Part shown: positions 1 to 12,183 of the stretch, piece by piece
Numbering within the stretch: the stretch's first letter is position 1
Layout: the number at the start of each line of letters is the position of its first letter
Notes under the pieces: generated by a model
What the model saw: only the letters and a program-made list of their open reading frames with translations
Told to the model about the DNA's origin: nothing
Database searches by the model: none
Position numbers and translations under genes: made by a program
Source of the DNA: Eledone cirrhosa
Lineage: Eukaryota
Assembly: GCA_964016885.1 (NCBI GenBank)
Contig: OZ024742.1
Coordinates: 27,156,001-27,220,000 of the forward strand
Direction of reading: 5' to 3'
DNA length: 64,000 nucleotides

Positions 1-159
1 GCAACAGTCAAAGGAGGGTCGTTTGATTAAATATTTAAATGATGTTCCTAATGGAAAATATAATTAGAGGATTATGTAACAAAACATTAATCCTCGTATA
101 GAGTTATGTATGTGTATTTAGGCCCAATTTTGCGAATGCAAATACAAATAATAATAATA

Positions 160-368
160 ATGGTTTCTTATTTAGGCACAAGGCGAAACATTTTGGAAGA
201 GGGGAAAGTCGATTAAATCAGCTCCAGTGTGTTACTGGCACTTTATTTTAACGACCTCGAAAGGAAAAGGTGATCTTGGCGGGTTTTGAACTCAGAACGC
301 AGAGGGCGATAAACATTATGCCACAAAGCATGTTGTCCGACGCTCCACCGATACTGCCAAACCAACGC
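160..368 (-). mobile_element. tRNA-derived SINE (Meta-domain type), degenerate copy
   Basis: Matches the family repeated throughout the window (aggcacaaggc...gtcgattaaatc...ctttatttta...ttgaactcagaac); the minus strand has the B-box-like GTTCAAA and an (ATT)n tail. Confidence 0.75.
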
Positions 369-750
369 ATTTATCATAACAATAATAATGATAATGATGA
401 TGATGGTTGTTATTGTTGTTTATTTAGTTATTTATTAGTCACAAGGGCTCAAATATATCCTCTAAACTAAGTACAAATATGGAATGTACTAAATACACAA
501 CAAACAGGAGTTGCTGGGGAAACCTTGTACACTATATTAAACTCATTAAACATTGTATACGCAAAATCAAATAGACAAGTAACTTCAAAAGACATGAAAA
601 GCCGGCACGAGGGTAGGATCAGGCATTTTTACGATCTAGACCTTAGCCACTCCACAAAAGCAATTCTATACTGTGGCTATATCTACATTAATAGTTAGTA
701 CACCAATAGTGGGAATTTTATCAACCATATATTATTCTAAGTTGATAATA

Positions 751-1693
751 CTCGTCTCCTATCTCGTCTCCTATAGCGTCTCCTATCGCGTCTCCTTTCT
801 CGTCTCCTATCTCGTCTCCTATCTCGTCTCCTATAGCGTCTCCTATCGCGTCTCCTATTTCGTCTCCTATCTCGTCTCCTATAGCGTCTCCTATCGCCTC
901 TCCTATCTCGTCTCCTATCTCGTCTCCTATCTCGTCTCCTATCGCGTCTCCTATCTCGTTTCCTATAGCCTCTCCTATCTCGTCTCCTATCTCGTCTCCT
1001 ATCGCGTCTCCTATCTCGTCTCCTATCTCGTCTCCTATCTCGTCTCCTATCGCGTCTTCTATCGCGTCTCCTATCGCATCTCCTATCCCGTCTTCTATCT
1101 TGTCTCCTATAGCGTCTCCTATCTCGTCTCCTATCCCGTCTCCTATCGCGACTCCTATCTCGTCTCCTATCTCGTCTCCTATCGCGTCTCCTATCTCGTC
1201 TCCTATCTCGTCTCCTAACGCGACTCCTATCTCGTCTCCTATCTCGTCTCCTATCTCTTTTCCTATCTCGTCTCCTATCTCGTCTCCTATCTCGTTTCCT
1301 ATCTTGTCTCCTATCTCGTCCCCTATCTCGTCTCCTATCTCGTCTCCTATCGCGTCTCCTATCTCGTCTCCTATCTCGTCTCCTATCGCGTCTCCTATCT
1401 CGTCTCCTATCTCGTCTCCTATCGCGTCTCCTATCTCGTCTCCTATCTCGTCCCCTATCTCGTCTCCTATCTCGTCTCCTATCTTGTCTCCTATCTCGTC
1501 CCCTATCTCGTCTCCTATCTCGTCTCATATCTCGTCTCCTATCTCATCTCCTATCTCGTCCCCTATCTCGTCTCCTATCTCGTCTCCTATCTCGTCTCCT
1601 ATCTTGTCTCCTATCTCGTCCCCTATCTCGTCTCCTATCTAGTCCCCTATCTCGTCTCCTATCTCGTCTCCTATCGCGTCTCCTATCTCGTCC
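751..1693. repeat. 12-bp minisatellite (CTCGTCTCCTAT)n
   Basis: About 940 bp of direct tandem units with variants (ctatagcg, ctatcgcg, cccctat); explains the SYLV, SPIS and RRRD ORFs. Confidence 0.97.
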
Positions 1694-1931
1694 TCAGGTT
1701 CTACCGGGGTAGGGATATTTTTCGAGTAGAACTTCTAGGGTCATGGTTCTCTTCAATCTAAACATGTTCTTCATTGTTGTGTCTGTTTTTAATTGTGATG
1801 AAGTTTTTATTGACTGCTGAGTAACTTACTAATAGTGGTTACACTTGATTGAACCCTGGACTCATATATATATAAGGCTCTGATACCATCAACACCATAA
1901 ACACAGAGCTGGCATATCTAAGAACTGACTA

Positions 1932-1987
1932 ACTGCCTGATGAGGTCATAGCCATTGAATGGCTATCATCGAAATATATATAGCAGT
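1932..1987 (+). ncRNA. Type I minimal hammerhead ribozyme (Penelope pLTR-type)
   Basis: actgc-CTGATGA-gg tc atagccat tga atggctat ca tc-GAAA-tatata-TA-gcagt. Stem I actgc/gcagt, stem II atagccat/atggctat, palindromic stem III; the element ends at the (TA)n tract near 2032. Confidence 0.88.
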
Positions 1988-2031
1988 AAATAAAGGAGTT
2001 TGAGTTCATGCAGTTGACTTATGTTTCGTGA

Positions 2032-2259
<228 letters not shown>

Positions 2260-2297
2260 GAGATGTGAGAAAAACCACAGACCCTCCATCTCAACTC

Positions 2298-2336
2298 TAC
2301 TTTTGAAAAGCAGAAGAACTGCGAAACAGGTAAAGG
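2298..2336 (+). ncRNA. Minimal hammerhead ribozyme, U3-A8 core variant
   Basis: ctt-TTGAAAA-gcag aagaa ctgc-GAAA-cagg-TA-aag. Stem II gcag/ctgc, short stem I ctt/aag; lies in a ~210-bp island between two (TA)n tracts. Confidence 0.6.
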
Positions 2337-2465
2337 AACCAAATAAATATATATATATTTTTTAAAACAGACTCCAGTTGCATTTTCGATTTCATCTTTT
2401 TTCCTTTATACTTTCACTCGTGTAGGACACCTCGGTTATTTTTCATTTTGTAAAAAAAAACTCAC

Positions 2466-2564
<99 letters not shown>

Positions 2565-2769
2565 ATTGGAAATCAGTAAAATAGAATCTCTGGCGGTTTG
2601 CAAGTAAATTCGGCCTACTTATATGAAATGATGAGTTAGCAAAGCACTCGATAAGATAGGACCTTAGAGTAATAACATACGTTTAAATAGCTTGACAAAT
2701 CGAACATTGTGGAAGGCGAAACTAACACACAATATATACCAAAGCAAAAATTGAACTAATCAGGTTATA

Positions 2770-2876
<107 letters not shown>

Positions 2877-2894
2877 ATATATGTATATATATAG

Positions 2895-2947
<53 letters not shown>

Positions 2948-3190
2948 TAGCGAGGTTTTAGATATGAAATCGTGTGTCGAAATAAATATTGTTATACTTG
3001 GGGAGGGTCATATTGCTGTAATAATAGCCAGAATTAATAACAGAACACACTCACTCGTTGGTTTCCGCTTCTTTATCTTTTATATCAGTTAATTAATTCA
3101 TTCATTCATTCTATTCTCAATGTTTACCATTGACTGGCCAACGGTAAAAAATACAGATATAATATAGATATAAACATATATATATAGTCT

Positions 3191-3233
3191 AACAAAGTTC
3201 TTTCGTTGCACATTTGCAACATCGTCAGTTGTT
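3191..3233 (-). ncRNA. Degenerate minimal hammerhead ribozyme
   Basis: Minus strand aacaa-CTGACGA-tgttgca aatg tgcaac-GAAA-gaact-ttgtt. Stems I and II are intact; the stem III/UH region is imperfect; adjacent to a TA tract. Confidence 0.6.
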
Positions 3234-4278
3234 GTATTATGGTCCTCCTGTTGTATTGTATATCAACGCCATCTTTATTTTACCTGTTTATTTATTTGAA
3301 ATAAATAAATAAATAAACAGTGTATGTGTACGTGTGTGTATGTGTGTATATACAACAGTAAATGTGACGATGTATATCTGCCTGTGATGTATAATCCATG
3401 TGAGAAGCTGTTGTATATTTAATCTGATTAAACTTATTGAATCCAACTTTCTCCTTTCTAGTTTATACGTCGGTGAAGTTGCATAATGTCTTTACTGTGT
3501 GTTTGTTTGTGTGTGTGCGTGTGTGTGTGTATGTGTGTCGGTGTATGTGTCTGTGTCTGTGTGTGTGTTTGTGTGCGTCTATGTGTGTATGTGTGTGTGT
3601 GTATGATTTGCATCCCTGACCATCCCTTCAATTTTCTTTGTTTAGGAAGTCATTTAGAGGGTGCGCTGTGGTTTTAGGGGATTTGCCTAATATCTATTAT
3701 GATGGACACCACGCTTAAAGGCATCGTGTGGCGTTCTGTGGGTGTGTGGTTTTATGTGTGTCTGCTGGGCTTTGTGTATGTGTATGTCTATGTGTCTGGT
3801 TCTATGCGTGTCTAGTGGGGTGTATATATGTGTATGTGTGTGTGTGTCTGGTGGGCTTTTTGTATGCGTGTGGTTGTATGTGTTTCTAGTGGGTTGTATG
3901 TATATGTATGTGAGGGGTTGTATGTATATGTGTGTGCATTTTTGGTGGGGTGTATGTATGTATGTCAGGTTTATGTGTATGTGCGTGTGTATGTGTGTGT
4001 ATGTGTGTATTTGTACTCGGTATATTACCGCTGGGATCTGTTGTATAGTGGACACACCATAGCCGCCAAGTTGGTGAAAGATTCGCTTCGCATTCCTTTG
4101 GTTCGTGGTTCAATCCCAGGACAAATGTCATTTACTATAGCCAGGCGTTGGCCCTTGGCTTGCGAATGCTTTAGCAGACTGTCGGTTAGACTGTGCCTGC
4201 AATTAGGTTAAGTTACACGTGTCTGTGGAATGCTTGTCTATTTACACGACAATTTCCCGACCAGGTTGTTATGTTGTG

Positions 4279-4570
4279 GAAGTGCATGGCCTCGTGGTAA
4301 GGATGTTGGACTTACGATCATAATGTCGTTGGTTCGATTCCTGGTTTGGGTTGTTTTTTTTTCTTTTTTGTTTTCTCGAGTAAAACATTTCATTTCACGT
4401 TGCTCCAGAACACTCAGCTGAAAAGAGTACCAGTAATAGCAGGGTGTTTAACTCTTCGATGGACAGGCATCAGTACAGTGTGAGGGAGTCTTGTACACTC
4501 AACTGCTTGATACCACAGATACCGGGATAAGCACCAACCAGTCGAGGCGACGGGCTCATGACAGGCATTT
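4279..4570 (+). mobile_element. CORE-type tRNA-derived SINE
   Basis: tggcctcgtggtaagg (A box), ggttcgattcc (B box), catttcacgttgctccag...actcagctg core; related copy at ~7790-8030. Confidence 0.65.
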
Positions 4571-5148
4571 TTAGACTTTGGTTGTTACGTTGATCGAACA
4601 ACAGAAACATCCATCGTCGAAACTGACTGAGGATCAGTGCGTTTGGCCTATTACGAGGTCTAAAGTAAGGTATTTTTTTTTTAAAGAATGACTGTGGTAT
4701 AAATAAAATGTAAGATTCGTTGTAATTTCTGATTGTTCAGTGAATAGGAATACTGTGTCTGCCAAAATCTATCTCTACAGAATTTCTATTCAAGATATAC
4801 CTGACTAGCGAACCATTTTCATCTTTTTAGTGGTGCAGAAATAGAAGAATCACAAATAGATCATATTTTGTCGCATAATTAAAATTGTTCAATTTATGTC
4901 AAAATTGCTTTCTTTACAATTGAAGAAGCAAATGTATTTTGGAAAAATGGTTTAAGTATGTCTAGTTTTGCTTTCTGAAGACGCTGTGTATGTGAATATA
5001 TTATACATATGTATATCGTCAGGAGTTGTGTATATCACCTAGATAACCACAAGGAAACGCATTTATGATACGTGTATACACCCGTTTGAACTTAGTAGAG
5101 TTTTCTGAAAAGAACGTAATAATTTGCATATAGTTAGCGTTCATGGTG

Positions 5149-5198
<50 letters not shown>

Positions 5199-5487
5199 CA
5201 AATAACAAAACGAAATTAAATTTCGTTTCGTTTGTAACTCACTTTTGTATGACTGACGCTTAAACAATTAAGTTAAAGATGTACATCCATATATGTATAC
5301 TGAAATACTAGTATGTATATGAATACACACACGTATACATATGTAGATGTACCAAGTTTTTTCACTGGTCACTTTACTGTGAGTGACCAGCTATTCTGTA
5401 TGTAAACACACAGACAAACCGGTTTTTAGAGTCATACTGGTTTTTGAGGAAACACCTTTCCTCCATTCTCCAGAAAGCCAGACAAGG

Positions 5488-5532
5488 AATATTGAACTAG
5501 TTTCGTTGTTGTTACAACTCATCAGCAATATT
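5488..5532 (-). ncRNA. Type I minimal hammerhead ribozyme (left-arm copy)
   Basis: Exact reverse complement of 5945-5989. Confidence 0.9.
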
Positions 5533-5944
5533 TACCTATCTTCCGGCCCCTCTAGAGAATCGTAAAAGCACTTATCGTTATATGCTTTTTCTATGAAAAT
5601 TAGTAGTGGGCAGACCAATTTGCATAGAGTGTGAGTAAGTACCGGTTCAACGGAGACGATAAAAACAAATAACAAAACGAAATTAAATTTCGTTTCGTTT
5701 GTAACTCACTTTTGTATGACTGACGCTTAAACAATTAAGTTAAAGATGTACATCCATACAAGATGTACATCCATACAAACGAAACGAAATTTAATTTCGT
5801 TTTGTTATTTGTTTTTATCGTCTCCGTTGAACCGGTACTTACTCACACTCTATGCAAATTGGTCTGCCCACTACTAATTTTCATAGAAAAAGCATATAAC
5901 GATAAGTGCTTTTACGATTCTCTAGAGGGGCCGGAAGATAGGTA

Positions 5945-5989
5945 AATATTGCTGATGAGTTGTAACAACAACGAAACTAGTTCAATATT
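5945..5989 (+). ncRNA. Type I minimal hammerhead ribozyme
   Basis: aatattg-CTGATGA-gttgt aaca acaac-GAAA-ctag-TT-caatatt. 7-bp stem I, 5-bp stem II, palindromic stem III ACTAGT, GUU cleavage triplet. Confidence 0.92.
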
Positions 5990-6237
5990 CCTTGTCTGGC
6001 TTTCTGGAGAATGGAGGAAAGGTGTTTCCTCAAAAACCAGTATGACTCTAAAAACCGGTTTGTCTGTGTGTTTACATACAGAATAGCTGGTCACTCACAG
6101 TAAAGTGACCAGTGAAAAAACTTGGTACATCTACATATGTATACGTGTGTGTATTCATATACATACTAGTATTTCAGTATACATATATGGATGTACATCT
6201 TTAACTTAATTGTTTATATATATATATATATATATAT

Positions 6238-6386
6238 AAGAAAGATGGTGTGATAAGATACCAGGTGGACCATAATGCACCAGAGTACTCAATGCTAAGG
6301 GTAGTTGGGTGGGTAATAAGAAAAGGTCCGGCCGGATCTAGCTGTCGAAACGGCCGGAGCTCAGCCGTCGGGTTCCTGACTCTTTT

Positions 6387-6389
<3 letters not shown>
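6238..6389. mobile_element. Tiny inverted insertion of the same family as 11679-12184
   Basis: 6238-6326 is the reverse-complement homologue of ~12100-12184. 6340-6389 carries GAAA-cggc...gccg-TC-ggg (3' half of the hammerhead). Flanked by TA tracts. Confidence 0.75.
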
Positions 6390-6429
<40 letters not shown>

Positions 6430-7321
6430 GTATAGAAATTATTGTGAGCAAGAAGCCAACAGTATGTCATAATATATAACTGACTATAACGTCAAAATGG
6501 AAAATAATTAACGTAAGATATGGGAAAATAATTCAAACTCAATTCAAAAAAAATCAAGACAGAGATTTTATCCCCAGATTTTGTGAAATCCAGGGAAAAA
6601 CCAATAGAGTCTTAACTCAGAATCAAATAAAGTTTAAATACCCATCCTTCAATTTGGAAAAACTACAAATGCTACATATAGTCTTAAAAACTTCTCAGTT
6701 GGGACGGTCACGGTTGGAATCGTTCATCAGTAGAGCTCAACCACTTATATATATATATATAAGTGGTTACACAACAGTTAGTTCACTATACCGAGAGCAA
6801 TTGTTTCACCTTAGCGGATCCTCAGCTTGTAATGGACTTGGTTATACGTAACGGGAAAGCCATCACTAAGTCCAAGCCGTACGAAAGGGGCAATCCGTCG
6901 TGTGGATGAACGAATAAATATTCTAAGGAATAGCAATTTCCTAAATTCAAATAATGAATTCTTCACACGTTGTCCACACGTATGGAAACACCTCTTACAT
7001 AACTACAAATCTCCGGATTGAATTACAACAACATCCTAATTTCTTACCAACTAGAAACTTTCGGACTTTCGCAGTTATCTCCCTTACACCTCTCGCACGC
7101 AATTTAGTATTGCCTGGGTGAAGTGACCGTTTCTGCGCATGCGCGTTTGTACGGTTATCCTTTCCGTTCCGTTTAACCATGCCCATTACGAGGTGAGGAT
7201 CCACTAAGGTGAAACAATTGTTCTTGGTATGGTGAACTAACTGTTGTGTAACCACTTCTACCTAATTCGTCCCATGGACTGAGTGCTCTACCATTACGGA
7301 TATTACCTTCCAGTGTTCTAC

Positions 7322-7389
<68 letters not shown>

Positions 7390-8454
7390 TTCAGTTATGA
7401 CCTGAGGGTCCCGAAGCCCGTTTTGCCATAATGTTGTTCCGCCTTCAAAGATGTGATCAACATGTCTACCAAAGGCATGGTGAACATTGATGTGTTCCTG
7501 TAATCTGGTGGACAGAAATAGTGAAGTCTATATTTATATGTTCTTGTTCGTGATTATGTGACGTTTTTGTTTGTGTTTCTGTGTGTGGGACTTGTAAATG
7601 TAAATGTGTATTTCTAGTCAGCGTCTGTAGTTGTGTTTAGATTTATATTGCTTGTTATGTTATATACATCCGCCGATTCCGACGGTGACTCTTCCAACGA
7701 AAAACAACTGACCGTGCAATGAACATATATCTGGTTGAGCATTCCACAATACCTAGTCGTAAAGTATTGCACTCACGATCATAATGTTGTGGGTGCGATA
7801 CCTAAACTGAGTTGTGTATTATGTATGTGAGCAAAACACTTCATTTTATGTTGCTCCAGTATACTTAGCTGAAGATAAGTATCAACACCAGTAGCTGCAG
7901 GTTTAACCCTGTGATAAACTGGCGTCCTGTCCAGCGGAGAGGAGTCTTGTACTCTCAGTCGCCTCATGCCATGGAAACTGGGATAAGCACCAGCCTGATA
8001 AGCCTCCAGCCTCGTGACAGATTTTATACTTTTTTTTTTACTATTCTAAACACACATCTATCCTTAAGATAATTCTTGGGGGACATCACATCTAGCGTGA
8101 AACAGTGTGTGGCAAGATTAATATTTTGAAATACAGATACAATACATTTTTACCAGTTGAGTTGACTGGAGCAAGTAGAAATAAAGTGTGTTATTCACTA
8201 ACATGAAATAAGGTGAGAATCAATATCGTGACGTTAGGATCGGGAGCAGAACACGCTAAACATTACACCACGTGCCTCCCCATTTGTGTTAACAATACTA
8301 AACCCCATGCTTGTTTCTCTATGTTATGCACCAGACTGAAGTACGTAAGAAGGTCAATCATCTCTATTATACACTAACAGAGCAAACCACGGCATGGTTG
8401 GTTGCAGATTCATAACGAAATACATTAATAGGCATAAAAGAAATGATGTATATA

Positions 8455-8543
<89 letters not shown>

Positions 8544-8544
8544 A

Positions 8545-8584
<40 letters not shown>

Positions 8585-8957
8585 ATTGAAAGTAAGAGAG
8601 ACAGTTTCATATATGTGTGTATATATATAAATAAGTGCAGAATAAGAGAGGCGTGTATATATATATATGTATACATAATATAGAGAGAGAGAAAGGGAGA
8701 GACACACTGACATAGTTATATTCATATATACGATCGTATTGTATGTGTATAAGTGTATAAATGCATATATGTTTGAATGAATACATGTGTATGCGTACGT
8801 ACGTGTGTAAAGACAAATATATTTATATATATCTATATACATATATGCATACATATACATATTTATGTCTCTCTCTCTCTCCCTCTCTATCTCTCTCTCT
8901 ATATATATATACATATATACACACACACTGAAACTCATACACACATATATATGAATT

Positions 8958-9034
<77 letters not shown>

Positions 9035-9448
9035 GTGAGGTGCGAGAGGACTGGGGGAGAATGCAGGGGGAGAAGAAGAGAGACAGATAGGTAAAAGAAG
9101 AGGAAGCAGGATGTCGTGTGAAAACCAGTCATTAATTTAAACATCTTCATTCTTCAAGGCTATTTCTCTGAATAGCAGCCAAATTTTCCTCTATCCATTA
9201 ACTAGCCCCATTGTATTGTTGCTGACTTTTATTAGGATGATAAATCATTTCACAGCCAATACTCAATGAGATTGAACAGTTTCACATCGCTTCTTCTTCA
9301 CTTTGAACTTTCTTATCTTCAAAATATTGCAAGGCAGCACACATGGTTCTTCTCTTAGACAACAAGTAGATATAATAAGGCAAAGTTATTTTATATGAGT
9401 CAACTCATATTATCATTACTATCATTATATATATTATTGTTACCATTA

Positions 9449-10125
9449 AAGGCGGTGGACTGGTAGTAATCGTTGAACGTTGGACAACATGCTTTGCAGT
9501 ATGAGGTCGATTTAAATAAAGTACCAGTAATATACTAGGGTCGATTTAATTGACACCCCTCTCCTAAAATTGTTGGCCTTGTACCTAATTCAGTGGCAAT
9601 TCTTTTTATTTCTAATCAATATTTTATGTAGATTTATTATCATTAAGGGCGGAGGATTGGAAGTTAATGGCGGTGGTTGGGCGTTGGACAACATGCTTTG
9701 CGGTATAGAGGTACAGTAATTTACTTCGGAGTTCAATCCCCAGCAAGGTTGCCATTGTCTTTCATCCTTACGGGATCGACAGTAATGTGCTGCGTTTGAT
9801 TTAATCGACTTTCCCCTCTCCCAAAATTGCTGGCCTTGCGCCTATAGTAGAAATCATAATTATTTAACAATTATTTATGGTCTGATTTCAAATCCCGCCG
9901 CAGTTAACTTTGCCTTTCATCCTTACGGGGTCGATACAATAAAGTACCAGTAATTGACTGGGATAATTGGTGGCCTTGTGCCAATAGTAGAAACAATTAT
10001 TATTTAACAATTATTATTATCATTAAAGGTGGGTCATTGGCAGTAATGGTTGAACGCAGTGGGGTCCACTTAATCGACTTCCTTACACAGAATATAGTTG
10101 GCCTAGATCAGAAACCATTATTATA
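9449..10125 (+). mobile_element. Cluster of about four partial Meta-type tRNA SINEs
   Basis: Repeated ggcggtgg..tggc A-box heads, gcctttcatccttacggggtcgat core and gtgcc...agaaa-catt tails. Confidence 0.75.
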
Positions 10126-10261
10126 TTTATCAAGAAAGCTGTGGGCCGGTAGAATCATTTCACCTTCTATACTCACATGTAATGCGTTGCCTTTCAGTTA
10201 GACTCTCTTCATATATGATTATCTATCTCACACACACACGCATATATATATATATATATAT

Positions 10262-10671
10262 ATGGAGGAAGTTATAGTTCACTTGAAGCATTGTGTTATG
10301 AGGTATAAACGTTTGTATTTGTAAAGCCAAAACAATGCAGCTATGGACATAGAATATGAATGCAAATGCAAAAGATATTGTTGACAATTAGTCTTTTACC
10401 TTAAATTTATTTAAATATCCTTAATTTTCGATATAATATCTCTTCTTCGGAGGGAAGTAAAGCGGTTAAACCAGTGTTCTAAATGACCTGGCAAGCTATT
10501 TAGAACACTGGTTTAACCGCTTTACTTCCCTCCGAAGAAGAGATATTATCTCGAAAATTAAGGATATTTAAATAAATTTAAGGTAAAAGACTAATTGTCA
10601 ACAATATCTTTTGCATTTGCATTTATATTCTATGTCCATAGCTGCATTGTTTTGGATTTACAAATACAAAC

Positions 10672-10679
<8 letters not shown>
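10262..10679. mobile_element. Foldback hammerhead element in (TA)n
   Basis: Arms ~10303-10484 and 10498-10679 are near-perfect inverted repeats with a 13-bp spacer; ~40-bp extension on the left arm only. Confidence 0.9.
10526..10566 (+). ncRNA. Minimal hammerhead, C4 variant (CCGAAGA); mirror copy ~10416-10456 (-)
   Basis: cct-CCGAAGA-a gagat att atctc-GAAA-at-TA-agg. Palindromic AATT stem III, 3-bp stem I. Confidence 0.65.
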
Positions 10680-10752
<73 letters not shown>

Positions 10753-10777
10753 TAGATAGATATATAGATATATATAT

Positions 10778-10847
<70 letters not shown>

Positions 10848-10849
10848 AT

Positions 10850-11264
10850 ATACACGGGTGTGTATGATTGTGTATAGAAGATAATATTAATAAGAGGAAT
10901 TCCAACTTTGTCTGATTTACTCGTTTTATTTACAATCCTTTAAAATTTATAATGGTATTATAATGAAATAGTATGATAGAATATTAAATTCTAAGTGTTA
11001 ATTGAACAAGTACTTTCATGCTTTCGCAATCTTCAGGTTCATAATATGTGGTGACACTCAAGTTTGCAATTTTCCACAGTTGAAAATTGCAAACTTGACT
11101 GTCACCACATATTATGAACCTGAAGATTGCAAAAGCATGAAAGTATTTGTTCAATTAACACTTAGAATTTAATATTCTATCATACTATTTCATTATAATA
11201 CCATTATAAATTTTAAAGGATTGTAAATAAAACGAGTAAATCAGGAAAGTTGGAATTCCTCTAA

Positions 11265-11270
<6 letters not shown>
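10850..11270. mobile_element. Foldback hammerhead element between (GATA)n/(TA)n tracts
   Basis: Arms ~10884-11074 and 11082-11270 are inverted, with the 7-bp spacer cacagtt. Confidence 0.9.
11003..11041 (-). ncRNA. Type I minimal hammerhead ribozyme; mirror copy 11115-11153 (+)
   Basis: tgaac-CTGAAGA-ttgc gaaa gcat-GAAA-gtac-TT-gttca. GAAA tetraloop on stem II, palindromic AGTACT stem III, 5-bp stem I. Confidence 0.85.
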
Positions 11271-11313
<43 letters not shown>

Positions 11314-11316
<3 letters not shown>

Positions 11317-11620
11317 AGGTAATTCCAAAGGAATAGCAAAGGAAAAAAGGGTGCTCTATGTATAGAACAGAACTATTTAATTAGAAAGTGAACAACACAA
11401 AATATAACTACTCCATTACCAAAGGTTTGTGGATCACAGACGATAATGATATATGTCGGGATCATTCGTCAGACAGAGGTGTTATAAAATCAGACATTAT
11501 CAGATGCTATAACATCTCTGTCTGACGACTGATCCAGACGTATATTGTTATCTTCTGTGATCCTGAAAGCTTTGGTAATGGAGTGGTTATATTTTGTGTT
11601 GTTCACTCTCTAATTAAATA
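11314..11620. mobile_element. Older foldback hammerhead element in (TA)n
   Basis: Arms 11374-11491 and 11503-11620 are inverted with many mismatches. Right arm has CTGACGA (11522-11528), a gatc/cag-closed stem II and GAAA-gc-TT (palindrome AAGCTT); stem I is poor. Confidence 0.8.
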
Positions 11621-11678
11621 TATATATATTCGAAAGAAAGTAATATTGTTTTTCAAATGTATATAAATATATATATAT

Positions 11679-12183
11679 AGGAAAAAGTATAACCCCGACG
11701 GCAGAGCTCAAGCCGTTTCGACCGCTATTTCTGGACTAAATTAGAATTTTTAGTCTGGTGAATAAATAACCGAACTTGTTAAGGGGGTACTTCCTTATAT
11801 GGGAAGATTGTAGTTGTCAAGAGGATTAGTTCACAAATAAGTCTATCATGGCATTTGGTGGGAGGTAGGGGTGGCTGAACTTGCCTGTAGAACAATAGGG
11901 GGGTGAGTGGAGCGGTCAAGCGTTGAAAGTGATATGTATACAACACATTTTAACCAATCCTCTTGACAACTACAATCTTCCCATATAAGGAAGTACCCCC
12001 TTGACAAGTTCGGCTATTTATTCACCAGGCTAAAAATTCTAATTTACTCCAGAAATAGCCGTCGAAACGGCTTGAGCTCTGCCGTCGGGGTGATACTTTT
12101 TCCTATTTCCCACTCTACTACCCTAAGTATTGAGTACTCTGGTGAGTTATGGTCCATCTGGTTCCTTACCACAATTCCTTTGT

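Larger units (their letters stand above)
5192..6216. mobile_element. Foldback insertion of a hammerhead-containing non-coding element in (TA)n
   Basis: 5261-5703 is the reverse complement of 5774-6216 (the ORF track gives identical 60-aa translations). 5192-5291 is directly repeated at 5659-5758 (period 467 bp). TA tracts on both sides. Confidence 0.92.

Noticed and set aside
673-1642. ORFs of 181, 263 and 180 aa (SYLV, RRRD, SPIS repeats)
   Set aside because: Translations of the 12-bp minisatellite; no unique coding sequence or splice context.
751-1693. CRISPR-like array
   Set aside because: No unique spacers, no cas genes, eukaryotic context.
2576-2766. Possible hammerhead in a TA-flanked island (ATGATGA..GATA; TTGACAA..GAAA)
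   Set aside because: Convincing stems I and II could not be formed.
4970-5070. CTGAAGA...GAAAcgcat
   Set aside because: Boxes ~70 nt apart with weak stem II and no stem I; possibly decayed but unsupported.
6750-7325. GC-richer island between TA tracts
   Set aside because: Probably another TA-targeted insertion, but no ribozyme core, inverted arms or credible ORF found.
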